DNA of 64,000 nucleotides from Octopus bimaculoides (lineage: Eukaryota), in NCBI RefSeq assembly GCF_001194135.2, contig NC_068990.1, positions 43,552,284 through 43,616,283 on the forward strand. Reading direction: 5' to 3'. The translations under genes were made by a program, and so were the position numbers. Of the stretch, positions 1 through 13,563 are shown piece by piece; the first letter of the stretch is position 1, and every line of letters starts with the position of its first letter. The notes under the pieces were generated by a model. The model ran no database searches and was not told where the DNA came from. It was given only the letters and a program-made list of their open reading frames with translations.

Positions 1-450
1 TCACCAACTTCCTAGCTAGAAGCTCCAAAGTGCCCAGCCATACGCAACCAGATACTTTTAAATGTGCTTGCCAATGTTTGCAATACCTATCCCTACACTA
101 ACAACACAACCACCATCACCGGACCTAAGTCACAATACCACATTACTTTTGCTGCACAATTTCCAACCTCATATATTGCTTCAACTACAAACTCTGTGGT
201 GCATTTTACATTTGGGAAAATGGGTCATTGCTTTGATGACTGCAAACATACATGAAGCACACTACAATGTATGCCAAGCCGACTGTGGCCTCCCACTTCA
301 ACACAATGAACCATTCCATTATCCATTTATCAGTGTGCAGCATCTCTGCATATCATGGTTCCACATAAAGGAAATGGAAAAACACTTCATATTCAAACTC
401 AAAACCATGCCACTAACAAGTTTAAATAAACACTTTCTGTTCCTTTACTC
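1..450 (+). mobile_element. Decayed Penelope-like element, GIY-YIG endonuclease region
   Basis: Frame-shifted motifs CNTYPYTNNTTTITGPKS, YCFNYKLCGAFYI, VASHFNTMNHSI and EKHFIFKLKTMPLTSLNKHF, typical of the PLE GIY-YIG C-terminus. Confidence 0.75.
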
Positions 451-541
451 TCATCTTATTTCAGTAATTCCATTTTTAACCTTCAGCTTCTTCTCACCTT
501 AATTTTTCCCTCCACCTTGCCTGCTTCTCCTCCTTTTTTCA

Positions 542-577
<36 letters not shown>

Positions 578-1163
578 ATTACTACTTCCCTGTCTACATA
601 CACAAGCTCATATCTTGGTCTCAATTGTTGCTAGTTGCTCAGATAGAGAATGTGTAAAACTGTTGTTTTTCCTCTTTTTCCTTACAACGATTTTACCCTT
701 TAGAAGGACTAGTTGAAACATTGACTTCTCCACTGCCCATGGCAATTTCACTGTACTTTTTCTATCACTTCTACAAGTCTCTTTGGATTCCATTTCATCT
801 TTTATGCATCATGCATTATCTATGTACACATGCACGTGTGTACACACACATTACTTCTAATGTCTTTTGTTTCTACAGCTTTTGACAAACTAATCAGTCA
901 GTCAGCTCTATAATATTTTTGTTATTTCTGCTTAATGTTTGTGTCATTTCTGAAAGCTAAACTCTTATGAGATTCACTTTAGCTCAATATTGTCAGAGAT
1001 TAAATTTGTTCTGTTTGTTTCTTCCATGTACTTTTCACCATTCTCTCCAACCATTTGAAACAGGAATGGTAGTGTACCTTGTCTTTTGCTGTCTTCAGCT
1101 AATGGCTCTATAACTAAGTATTTAAATATTGATTGAGTCTTTATTTGTTTTATCTCTTGTTAG

Positions 1164-1267
1164 GTTTCAGAAGTACGTCTTTTTGAAAATGGAATTGAAC
1201 CAGATATTTTCATCGCTATCTGTGAATGGCCTGCTGATAGATCCAAAATATTGGTGTATGGACATAG
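1164..1267 (+). CDS. DCAF15: DCAF15 coding exon (first in window; gene begins upstream)
   Basis: ttgttag|GTTTCA...CATAG|gtgagt. Encodes VSEVRLFENGIEPDIFIAICEWPADRSKILVYGH, matching recalled human [35 protein letters not shown]. Confidence 0.92.
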
Positions 1268-2108
1268 GTGAGTTATTTGATCTTTTTTTTATTACTGGAA
1301 TTCGTTCTATGGTCATGTTGATACTTTTAAAGTAGTTGGACTGGAAAATACGTATGAACATTATGCTCTAGCTACTCTCCATTCACTATTACATTGGAAA
1401 ATTTCTTATAAAACACTGCTGCTATTACTAGTACTACTATTACTAATAATAATAATAATAATCTTTTCTACTATAGGCACAAGGCCTAATGTTTTGGGGG
1501 AGAGGGACTAGTCGATTACATCAACTCCAGTGTTTCACTTAATTTATCGACCCCCAATAGGATAAAAGGAAAAATCGACCTTGACGGAATTTGAACTCAG
1601 AACATAAAGCAGACACAATACCACCGAGCATTTCACCCGGCATGCTAACAATTCTGCCAGCTCACTGCCTTAAAATAATAATAATAATAATAATAATAAT
1701 GGTTTCTAAAATTGGCATAATACAACATTTTGTGAGAGAGAACAATTTATTAAATCAACTCCAGTATTTTTACATTTTTATGTTTTTAGTGGGCGGGGTG
1801 TCAGAATGACAACAACAACAATAAAAAAGAGTAATCATCAAAAGCAAATGCTGATTATTGATGTATCTTGTACCCGTAAGAAAAAACATGCAGTAAAAGC
1901 TGGAAAAGTACTAATTATTAACTTTTGAAATCTGTGTAAGATGTGAACAGGATACAGTGAGGATATTATTCCAGCTGTGATTGGCTGTTTTAAACCAAGG
2001 AATGACATGTGAACAAGTTAATCTTTTTGTGACTTTATATCTTAAAATATATCACACATGCATTTCAGATTTTTTAAATAATCAAGCACTTGGAAATATT
2101 TAGTATTA

Positions 2109-2499
2109 TTGTTGTTGTTGGCACTCCATCACTTACGACATCGAGGGTTCCAGTTGATCCGATCAACGGAACAGCCTGCTCGTGAAATTAACGTGCAAGT
2201 GGCTGAGCACTCCACAGACACGTGTACCCTTAACGTAGTTCTCGGGGATATTCAGCGTGACACAGTGTGACAAGGCTGACCCTTTGAATTACAGGCACAA
2301 CAGAAACAGGAAGTAAGAGTGAGAGAAAGTTGTGGTGAAAGAGTACAGCAGGGTTCGCCACCATCTCCTGCCGGAGCCTCGTGGAGCTTTAGGTGTTTTT
2401 GCTCAATAAACACTCACAACGCCCGGTTTGGGAATCGAAACTGCGATCCTATGACTGCGAGTCCGCTGCCCTAACCACTGGGCCATTGCACCTCCACTG
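2109..2499 (-). mobile_element. Young full-length tRNA-derived SINE with 10-bp target site duplication
   Basis: Head ggcccagtggttagggcagcggactcgc...gtttcgattccc with A/B boxes; CpG-rich; (caa)n tail; TTTAGTATTA at 2099-2108 and 2500-2509. Confidence 0.9.
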
Positions 2500-3013
2500 T
2501 TTAGTATTAAGCTGGTAACAAAAAGATTCTCACATAAAATTATGATAGGTTATATAAATTTAGATGTGAACATTTTAAGCAAGTAGTTTGTTTGTAGCAT
2601 AGAACCAAGAGTAGCATCAACAGGATTAAAATGAATGAAGCACCTGAGAAAGTATGTATGTAGAATACTATGTGTGAACATGAAACAGTATTGAGAAAGA
2701 CTGTCTAGAATTGTCTAAATCTCTTGCATCTACTGTGGGCTGCTACTACAAAACAATAAAAGAATTTATTGATTTAGATATTTTGGCTCAAAATTCTTTT
2801 TATGACATTTCACTGTTTACATGGATTTCCCTAGAGTTTTAATTTTAGTCTATACTATTAATTATTCTTCATTTATTTTCATGCTGATGTTTTTCAGTGT
2901 TGTTTTCACAAATTTACTTCATGTAACCATTTAATTTTGTACAGAATTTAAACCTATATTAGTGCTAAAAAAAATTCTTATGAGTTAAACCATGTTCTTC
3001 TGAGTGTGTGTGT

Positions 3014-3054
<41 letters not shown>

Positions 3055-6002
3055 ATTTATGGTAAAATGTTTATACAATGATACTTAGTATGTTAAATTA
3101 ACTTATTCATGTATGTGTTGATAGTTTTATCCCAAAGTTTCCTAAACTTTTGTTGCAAAATTCTTATAGTATTCCTCAAAAATCACAGTCTGTACCTGTA
3201 TTGTATGGGCAACCCCCACCACCCTTATTTTGAGAAGATATCAGGGAGAGAATTTATTCATTTAAAAAAGAAAAAAAACATAGCTCACTTTTGAAATAGT
3301 GTTTGTTTTTTTCTTCTTTTCTCCCCCCCCCCCCCCTCCCATAATATAAATCTCTATTAAATCTTATTAAAAGACAACTCAATTCAAGAATTTGAACTTC
3401 AGGGTTATTTCACAGAGCCCATTCTAAAAAACAGCGTCTCACAAAACCCATAGCTAAAAGGAGTAGAAAGAGTTGGAAACCAACAGCAGTGTTGCCACTG
3501 TTGGTCACTTTGTCTCCGCATCCAAAGAATGAATCTTGTGTAAGAAATGCGTGGCATAGCAATAAAACTGTGGATGTTGAAGGTGGTGATGGTATTAGTG
3601 GAAGTGATTGGCATGTACTTAGAGGTTATGGTGAAATCACATAGTTGGATGTGCAAGTAAACTAAGAAAATAGCATATGTTGTTTATCTTGTAGCAGTCA
3701 TTACACTGTGGCCATGCTGAGGCACTTGCCTTGAAGAATTTTTAGTTAAAGTTATGGGGGACATAAGCACACCAATACCAGCTGTCAAGTGGTAGTGGGG
3801 GGGGGCAAACAGGCACAAAGACGTACACACATAAATATGGATTGTTAAACTCTGCACATTTTTTTCCTCATAATCCTTTCTGTCGAAGAGTGTAGGCTTG
3901 AAGCATGAAAGACTTCCATTCTTCCTTAGCATTAAACTAATACACCTGCTTGTTGTTCTTAGACCTGTCTTTGTCTCTTTTTTTTTTATGTAAATTTGAA
4001 CTATGTATACATACATATACATACAATAGGCTTTTTTCCATTTCCTTCTACCAAATCCACTCACAAGACTTTGGTCAGCCCAAGTTCATAGAAAAAGACA
4101 CCCAGGGTGTCATGCAGTAGGACTGAACCCAGAAATATGTGGTTGGGAAGCACATAATTATTTCCAAATTAGGCATAATGACTGAAATCTGGAGAAGAGG
4201 GTTAGCTGATTTACCCAGCTCCAGTATTTGACAGATACTTTATATTTTTAACCCTGGCAGGATGAAAGGCAAAGTTGAATTTGGCAGAATTTCAGTTCAG
4301 AACATTGAGAACCAAAATAAATATTCATAGGCATTTTGTCCTACATCTGAACAATTTTGCCAGTTCACTACTCTTGGGCATATATATAGATAACGCCTAC
4401 TTTGGAAGGTATCTAATGGGAAAAAAAAATAATAAGTAAGACATGAAATGAGGAGAAGTGGTCAAATCAGATCTAAGTATTTTTCACCTCAGAGAGAGAT
4501 AAAACACAGGATGAAGAAGAGTGATGTTATTGCCATTCTGTACAGACCTTCAATATGTACCAGCATTGAAAAACAGAAGCTAAAGCCACAATGATGATAA
4601 AATAAGATATTCTGTAATCTTGTTTCTAGATTGATATATGGTTCTTTCAGTTGATGTGTATCATATCTGCCAGCATTATTTCTGTTACAAAAAGGTAATG
4701 AGCTGGCAAAACCTTTGAATTGGACAAAATACTTAGCAGCAGTTCTTACAACTTTACATTCTGAGTTCAAATTCCATTCAAGTCACCTTTGCATTTCATC
4801 CTTTCTGGTTCAATAAAATAACTACCAGTTGAGCTTTGTGGTTGATTGTGATCAACGAGCAGCCTTCTTCAAAATTTCAGGCCTTGGGCCTATAGTAGAA
4901 TGGATTATTTCTGTTATAAAATTTTGTCAAAAGTGTACAGATACATTCCAGATTGCTATATTAAGTGAAATAGAAGTCATTATAGAGTTAACATACCTTA
5001 ATTTTTAGTAAAATAGCAAAAGTTTAATGATATGTTAAGATAAATTACGAATTGGTAGGTTTCCATTTAGAAAATTGAATTTCTAAAGAACAGCTTGTAT
5101 ACAATAAGTTTTGTCAAAATATAACATTGTCAATGAATAATAAAGAGTTGAAGGAACAAATATAACCTTTCATTTTGTATTTGATTTATCACTGGAGAAA
5201 TTGATAGAATGAAAATGGAACAAATATCAGGCTCTGATTTATCATTGAAAACTAGCTAGAAATCAAATAGATTGAGATGATGTAATATGTGACCATACTA
5301 ATACAATCTCGAGGGGAAATAATTTATGTAAAACGTTAATGATATAAGAGTTATTGCAGACTCAGTGACTTGTTTTGTGGTTTGATATTTTGACTTGAAT
5401 GCAATAGCAGGTGTTAGGGACTAGGAAGAATGAGCCTACTATTATCATTACATATGTTCATGTTAAATTGTCTTTATCAGGAGTTTTGTTTGTTTGTTTT
5501 TTCAACTTCAAGACAAAATGTTTATTCTGATTGTAATTATATCAATTATTTTTCAGTGCTTTTAAACTGTTTTGTTTTGAATTTTTTATGCTAATGCATA
5601 GACATTTTTGCAGTCACCCATACCTCTCCTGTGCATTTTAAACTTTATGCCATTTTCCCCTTTAAATCACACTTATTTCATTCAGTTCTCTAATCATCAT
5701 TATCATTTAGCATCCATGCTCCTTGCCAGCATGGGTTGGACGGGTTGACTGCATCATGCTCTAGTGCCTGCTTTGGCATAGTTTCTATTCCTGGATGTCC
5801 TTCTTAATGCCAATCACTTTCCAGTGTTTAGTAGATGCTTTTTTTTGTGCCACAGCACTATTGAGGTCACCATACAGCTCACAAGACTACAAAGCCCAAG
5901 GTGGGGAGTATTTTATGCTGTGGATTGAGGGTACACTATTTGGGGAGTGGCAGAGCAGGTTCTTGTAGAGCTGTGCTCATATATATGACATAACCAACCC
6001 TC

Positions 6003-6685
6003 AGGGCAAAGTTCAGCAAGCTTCTACCTTTGTTAGTAATAAAGGTCCTCTCCGTCAGAGTGACACGCAGATTGTATGATGCTTATGTGTGAACAGCTAT
6101 ACTGCATGGCAGTGAAACATGGGTTGTAACTGCAGAGGACATGCAAAGGCTTGACAGAAATGAAGCTAGTATGCTTCACTGGATGTGCAATCTCAGTGTG
6201 CATGTACAACAGTGTAAGCATCTTGACAGAAAAATTGGACACAAGAGGCAGCAAATGTGGTATGCAAGACAGACAACTGTGCTGGTGTGGTCATGTGATG
6301 CATATGGATGAGGACAGTTGTGTAAAGAAGTGCCGAACTGTCAAGAAAACCTGTAGAAGGGGTAAACCCAGGAAGACATGGAACAAGGTGGTGACGCATG
6401 GTCTTCAAATATTGGGTCTCGTGGAGGCGATGACAAGTGATCGAGACCTTTGGTAATTTGTTACACTTGAGAAGACTCGTCAAGTCAAGTGAAATTGTAG
6501 TTATGGTCAGTACCAGTGACTCATATTAGGCACCCACTGCACCTTTGGAAGGGTTGGCATTAGGATGGACATCCAGCCAGAGAAACCAAGTCAAACTGGA
6601 GCCTGGTGCAGCTCTATGGCTTACCAGTTCCAGTCAAACTGTCTAATCACTGCCAGCATGGAAAACAGACACTAAATTATGATGG
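6003..6685 (+). mobile_element. RTE-clade LINE 3' fragment with 3' UTR
   Basis: Decayed AKFSKLLPLL...LHGSETW...WCGHVMHMDEDSCVKKCR...RGKPRKTWNKVV...AMTSDRDLW, followed by the gcatggaaaacagac-(gat)n tail. Confidence 0.85.
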
Positions 6686-7442
6686 TGTAAACCAAAAAAA
6701 AAACAGAAGGTATGAGAGGTGAATGTATATTTGCCTCTCACATAACATCCTTAGGATTTTAGCCATTTTGCAACCTCCTTCATGTGGTTGGCATTAGGAA
6801 GGGCATCCAACCATAGGAACAATGCCAAATCAGACTGGAGTCTAGTGCAGCACCCCAGCTTGCCAACTCTGGTCACACTGTCCAACTCGTGCCAGTGTGG
6901 ACAAGACATTAAATGACAATGATAATTGCATTAATATGCATGTCTGGCATCATACAATACAACTGTATATTCACAAATCGATGCAAATGAAACTAGCTTG
7001 CTCATCAGATCACCAAAATATGATGGGTACACCTAGAATGTTATGTGGTTAAATAAATATTCACCTCGTATACCTTCTGACTTTTATTGTTTATATACTC
7101 CTCATGAAATAATTTCATCAATCAGATCTTCTGGATTTCAGCTGCATGGACAGTCTATATTACACTTCTCTGTATTGGGTTACTATGTAGACTGTTCGCC
7201 AAATCTGTTGGAGGAGCTTTCTGCCATTCTCTGATTCTGTATCTTATACTACATATTGTTATACGTCTCCATAACTTAGCAGTTCAGCAAAAGAGATTGA
7301 TAGAATAAGTACTAGGCTTACAAAGAATAAGTCCTGGGGTCAATTCTTTCAGATAAAGTAGGTACTCCAGCATGGCAGCAGTCAACTGACTGAAACTAGT
7401 AGAAGAATATACACACACATATATATGGATGAAAAAATGGTT

Positions 7443-8038
7443 TGATTCAAATTCATTGGTACTCCAAATTTCAAATGTGATGCTAGTCTTCAACATTCTG
7501 AATTTGAATGAAAGAACTTGATTGTTAAGTAGGCTGCGATTGGTTGAGGAAGGTCACATGGTGTCGTGGTTTGATGTTGGAGGTATATTGGTATATCAAT
7601 GACAACAGTTAGTTGGAAAATATCGCATGGTGAACTGGAAATCGAACGCATGGTGGACAGGAAATCTGTCAGGTTTTTGGAGGGAAAGTAGGAAGGGGCG
7701 GGTGGTATGTGCAAGCATATAGTTATATATGTGGGTGTTTGGACATGTTCATATGGTTTTGTGTGTATGTCTGTATTGATGCAAGCATGCACATCTGTAC
7801 ATGGGCAAGCACACATGCATACTCACACTTGCATGAGTATACAAGCACATAAATTTTCCAACTAACTGTTGTTGCTGATATACCGATATACCAACATCAA
7901 ACCCCGACACCGTGTGACCTTCCTTGACCAATCGCAACCCACTTAGGGTAATTACAATCAACTTCTTTCATTCAAATTCAAAATGGCTGAAGACTAGCAT
8001 CAGGCTTGAGACTCGTAGTACCAACGAATTTGAATCAA
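7443..8038. mobile_element. Inverted repeat (arms about 7443-7621 and 7853-8038), probably Penelope-derived
   Basis: The arms are reverse complements with scattered mismatches and small indels. Adjacent minus-strand sequence reads KNLTDFL... and the arms carry hammerhead-like motifs. Confidence 0.6.
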
Positions 8039-9520
8039 TAAATGTGTTGAGTGCCCTTCTTTTGTTTGTCCACTCACTCTTGTACATATGTATGTGTGTG
8101 CGTGTAATGTATGTATAGGTGCAGGCATGGTTGTGTGGTAAGATCCTTGCTTCCCAACTACATGGTTTCTGGTCAGTTCCAGTGTGTGGTGCCTGGGGCA
8201 ACTGTCTTCTTCTATAGCCACAGGCCAACCAAAGCCTTGTGAGTGGATTTGGTAGATGGAAACTGTGGGTGCTTGGGGATTTAAAAGGTTAATAATTAAA
8301 AGGAGAATGGGTGGTTGTTTTTTTACTTTTTTGGTTCATTTTATTGATCAGTAAAATGGAATTGTTGCAAATGAATTAATAAAAGAAGTCTCTTTTTGTG
8401 GATAGAAGCTAATTTTAAATATATACATCTCTCTTACTGATTTTGGAAAGATTGATATTTTCGAATATACACACTGGAACAAGCAGACTATGTAATATTT
8501 TGTAGCTTGTGGCCAATAGCCCAGCAACGTAATAACTATCAGATTTTATTTGTCAGTATAGCGTTCTTATGTGTTTTGGTGGTTTGGGAAAAACACAAAC
8601 AACTTCATGGTTTTAAAAAAACATGCATTTGTAAACAATAGCTTCATTGGACACCATGAATTCAAAGATCTGACAATCTTCAATGTTCTCAGTTCACTAT
8701 AACATATAATAAAATAATACAAAATCATAAAAACTCCTACATAAATATGATAATATATGTCAGTGATGATACATAATAAAAATATGTGGAAGAAATATGA
8801 TTATACATCATAATAAATATACGGCACGTAGCAAAACATTATGATATAACAACAATACCTAAACACAAACATAACCCATATAAAATCAATGCCAGAAAGT
8901 AGAGTTCAGCTGTGTTCTTGCTTTGGGAAATAATAGCTAAGAATCTCAGTGCAGTATCTAATGCTTGTCATCACACTAGTAGGAAGAAGACTTGTTTCGT
9001 CAATGGAAACATTTGTTGCGAGATATATTAGTGTTTTTATATACATTACTGACTGACATGACTTAATAAGAATTAAACAAATTGCAACTGAGCAATTTTG
9101 ACTGTATTTATTACCTGTAAATTTGGGGAATTCACCAACTTCAGTGGATGCTCTGGGAATTTATATTTTTTATGTTGCAAAACACAATGATGTAGCCTGG
9201 TTCTTCATGCATTCTTTTTTTCATTTATCTGAGGGATTTTGTGGGATAGGGTTGTTATTGTTAATTCATATTCACATTGGTTAAATTGAATACATATTAC
9301 TTATTGCAGCATATTGTTTTACAACCTGACGCCCTTTCTGTTGCTAACCCTTACCTGTTTTTCAAATGAAGGTTGTTTTTTTGGAGGGGTTTCCCCCACA
9401 CATACAGCTTTGGAAATACAGAACCAGAGGATGATTTTGTTGACAGGCAACATCAACAATCATCATCATTTGTAGCTCAATACTTTCACACATTGGAATG
9501 TAAATATTTGTAATCAAACA

Positions 9521-9578
<58 letters not shown>

Positions 9579-12500
9579 ACTAGTTTCCCATACATTATGT
9601 CTACCAAATTCATTCACAAAGTGTTGGTTGATTTGAGATTATAGTTGAAGACAGTTGCCTCAGGTGCCATGCAGTGAGACTGAAACCAAAACCACATAAG
9701 TTAACTACACGGCCATGCCAATGGAAAATAAATAATAGCTCTTGACTCTCAGGTTCCATAACACACTTCATTTTGAAGTGCTGTTCTCCCTCCCTGAAAT
9801 GACTAATTTCTTTTTTAATCTTTAACACTATAGACTATGTTTATATGAAAGCTTACTTCCCTAATCCTTGTCCAGTTATTCTGCAGTATATTCTTTCAGT
9901 TTGCTGTAAAGCTCCCATAGTACACAACATTCAACATTGTTATTTGCTCGTCATATTCTATCACTCCTCCCCTCCACCACCACTATTCAATTTAAGAATA
10001 TGTTATACTGTATTTCTTCTTCCATATTAACTGCAGTAACCTTATTCAGCTTATCTATTTGATGAGTTGACCCTCACATATAATGGGTAATGGTCTTCTT
10101 GAAATGCAATGGAAAATGAAATGGTTGATGTTACATATACTATCTCTAATGGATTCTATCACTCACTAACAGCTGAAATTCACTGTGGGTGTTGGTCGTC
10201 TGCATCAATTATTTGACTCATCAATCAATATAGTTTCCTACATTTTTACTTTTGTGTTTAGAAAACGTGTACAAAAATATAACATGGCCCGTCCCTAATG
10301 GTTTTAGCACAGTAAGGCTATACCTCTCCATCTCTAAATAATAATGTTTACTTCAAATTGAATGTATTGGTTCTTTTTAATTATTATACATCCACTTTTT
10401 CATATTCTGTTAGGTGGTGGTGGGGTGTAGTTTCATGTAAATTAGAATATTTGCCTGTGAGCTTTTAGTGCACTTTCTTATATGAAAATATTCAATTTTG
10501 CAAAAAAATCACTCTAGCATAAATTAACTTACACAAATTAGTGTGTGAAATAGATTAAGAATGAAATAGCTGAGAAACTGTTCGTGAAATACTTTGAATT
10601 TTAAGTTGAAACCATTTGGCTCTATGTGGATGATTGATGATGGTTTTAGAAAATGTGTTACAACATATTTGTCTTTTTACAAAAGCCTTAGCTTTCATTT
10701 CTATTTAAAGAATTGCTGTTAATTTCTCTGGTGTAATTCCCTTTATGTACTTTGATTGTCATAATTTAACCTACAATCTGAAATATATATACTTGGGAGT
10801 TTGTGTGTATCCATCCATGTTTGCATATGGATAGCAGAATTGGTAGAGCATCAGACTTTGTGGTGTTTATATTCTAAGTTCATATTCCCACCTCACTCTA
10901 ATTTGCCTTTCATACTTCCAAAGTTAGGTGGTGCCGCCACAGCATAGCGACATTGCAATAACTGAAAGCAAAACTAAAAGGCAAGAAAGCTGTGCAAGCA
11001 TGTGTGAGTTGGGTGTAGGTAATGGTTGCGTGATTAAGAAACTTGCTTCAGAACTACATGGTTTGAGGATCGTTCCCACTGAGTGGGCATTCTCAGTTTA
11101 TGTCTTTGAATATAGCCAAAGATTAATCACTGTAAATAAAATTTGGCAGATGAAAACTGAAAGAAGCCTGTTTTGTGTTTGTGTTCATCTTGTTTTGACA
11201 TGCACACTGATTGTAGACAAAATGTTATCATTCATGCAAATGATGTTATTTGCTTACAATTCTCCCATAAAGTATGTCTAGCTTGTTCATTGTTCAATAC
11301 ACTAGGGGAAATATTACCTTGCTTGGAAACCTGTAACGGTTAGCAACAGGAAGAGCATCCAACTGTAGAAAAATTTTCTACAAAGTCTTGTCTGACCTAT
11401 GAAAGCATAGAAAAGTCCGTGTTAAAATGAGTATGTTGATGTATATGTGCACATTCCACTACGATTATTAGATAATTACATCTGTATAGCAATTTGCTCA
11501 CTACTATTTAGTAATTTGCTTACTGTTCTAGATTAATTTTAATTTGCTTCTCTAAAGGAATTGAGAATTGGTTCACTTCTCCCTCTATTAACTTCCTCAT
11601 TTTGCATATCCTTTTCCAAACTTGTTGCTGGATATTGTCGTAAAAGGCAGAAAATAAGCAAAATATTACAAGAGAAATTTTTTTAATGGTTATATATTTT
11701 ATATTTTAGTTAGTGGCCGGTAGCACCATTGGTTGCAGGGTTTGAATGGGTCAGTCACTGGTTCACTGCATACCTGACATTGAGTTTACAAACAAGTGTC
11801 CAACACAGTGCAAGAGACTTCCAGCATAAAACTTTGTCCCTTACCCCTTCTAGTTTTCTTAGTGATGTTTATATCTTATGCTGACATAAATTGCTAAAAG
11901 ATATGCCCAAGTCAATTTGTGTGTGTATAATCATTGCTTTCTGTCCACTTTTCCATGGTGGTATGGGTAAAATGGTGTTTTGGAGGCAGTGTTTTGTAGT
12001 CAGATGCCCTTCCTATCACCAACCTTTTTTAGTTGCTTCTTATGACATACATGTGCACAGACTCCCTATTCTAAAACCAGCTTATACATGATTAAGTTAC
12101 TTACACACATGCATGCAGAAGACTTCTATTCTGTTTCTGTCTCCTAAATTCCACTCTCAGGATGTTGGGGTCAACGTGAGGTCATGGTTAAAGACACTTG
12201 CTCCTAAAGCCACACAGAATCAAACCAAAGAACACATGCTTGCATAGTTAATAATGTTTGATATAAAACATATAGAACAAGTGCACATACATAAATTGTT
12301 TGCCATTTTTTGCTTTGTCAAGTATACTAGAAATGATAATGGAAAGGCTCTGATTTCTTTCTGAGCTATAATTTTGATGATGGGATTATTTAATTATATG
12401 TTATATTAGTAACAGTAGGGGTGAGCAACATAGAGTAGAAGTTAAGCTAATAACATGCGGATTCTATAACCATATAACCCTTCTCTCTCTCTCATGAATA

Positions 12501-13365
12501 GCCATTGTAAGAATTAATAATTTGAATGTAATGCTTATCTCTAAGATGTTTCTATCAAACAGTTTAAGTTATTTGCCAAGAAACAAGAAATAAATACAAC
12601 AGACAGAAGATCATTAGTAATGAGAGAGAGAGAGAGAGAGAGAGTACTCTCTAAGCAAAGTCACCATTTGATTTCTTGAATATCTTGTGTTTGTTACTTG
12701 TATTGGATAGATTTATATCAACAGACAATAAGATTAAATAACCAGTTTGAATTTTTCTTAGAAGCTATTATCTAATTTTTCCAATCTTATGTCAGTTTCC
12801 TCATCCTGACCTTTGGTGTCTGGCTTATTCCCAAATGTAGGAACATATACAATATCATCTTTTAAGAATTTTAGCTTAAATTTGCTTTGAGTTAAGTTAT
12901 CTTTTGCTTGTTTGTTTTCTTTCTTAATTTATGCAAAAACCAGAATGTAGAAAGGCATGAGTTAAATAGTGAAAGAAAGTTCTTTTTTTAATTGTTTTTA
13001 TTTGGTTTTATTATGTAACACTTTCTGTATGTAATGTATATGTATGCTCACAAATATAACATTGTAAGAATTTGAAGGTTTTTTTTTTTTCTTTGAGTTT
13101 TCTTAATGAAAACATCTGGGAAAGATTTCTAAGTTTCCTTGGTATTTATTTGATAGACACTTGTTTGAGTAATTTGAAATATTTTACTACAGGAAGAATT
13201 AAAGTATTAATAGATAAAGAGAATTATCAGAATTGCTCAGTTCTTGTATAGAAGCAATGTTACATACATCTGATAAACAAACTTTATTTCAGGAATTTAT
13301 ACCCGAAATTTGTGCTATTTATTATGAGTGTGATCTGATGGGGTTTAGTACTAGTTTAGTGAATA

Positions 13366-13563
13366 TTTAGCATTCAATCCAGCCATATCTGGCCAAAATC
13401 TTCTACAAGTTTTATGTTCAAACTGGCCAGATCCTGTCTCTCAAACCTACCCCACAATGTCATTTTGAAAACATACTATCACATCATCGAAATCTCAGGT
13501 TGAAGACAATGTGAATAAACAAACATTACATTTCACACAGTAATGTGAATGCTAAAGGGCTAA
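13366..13563 (+). mobile_element. TTAA-type (piggyBac-like) MITE, decayed
   Basis: tttagcattc...gaatgctaaagggctaa; interior shared with 26720-26880. Confidence 0.6.

Noticed and set aside
62-502. 146-aa ORF as a protein-coding gene
   Set aside because: It is a frame mosaic of a decayed Penelope GIY-YIG region.
2400-2497. tRNA gene
   Set aside because: It is the tRNA-like head of a SINE, continuing into SINE body and tail; no complete cloverleaf.
7043-7234. 63-aa ORF as a nested exon or gene
   Set aside because: No homology recognised, no compatible splice sites, and DCAF15 already aligns without it.
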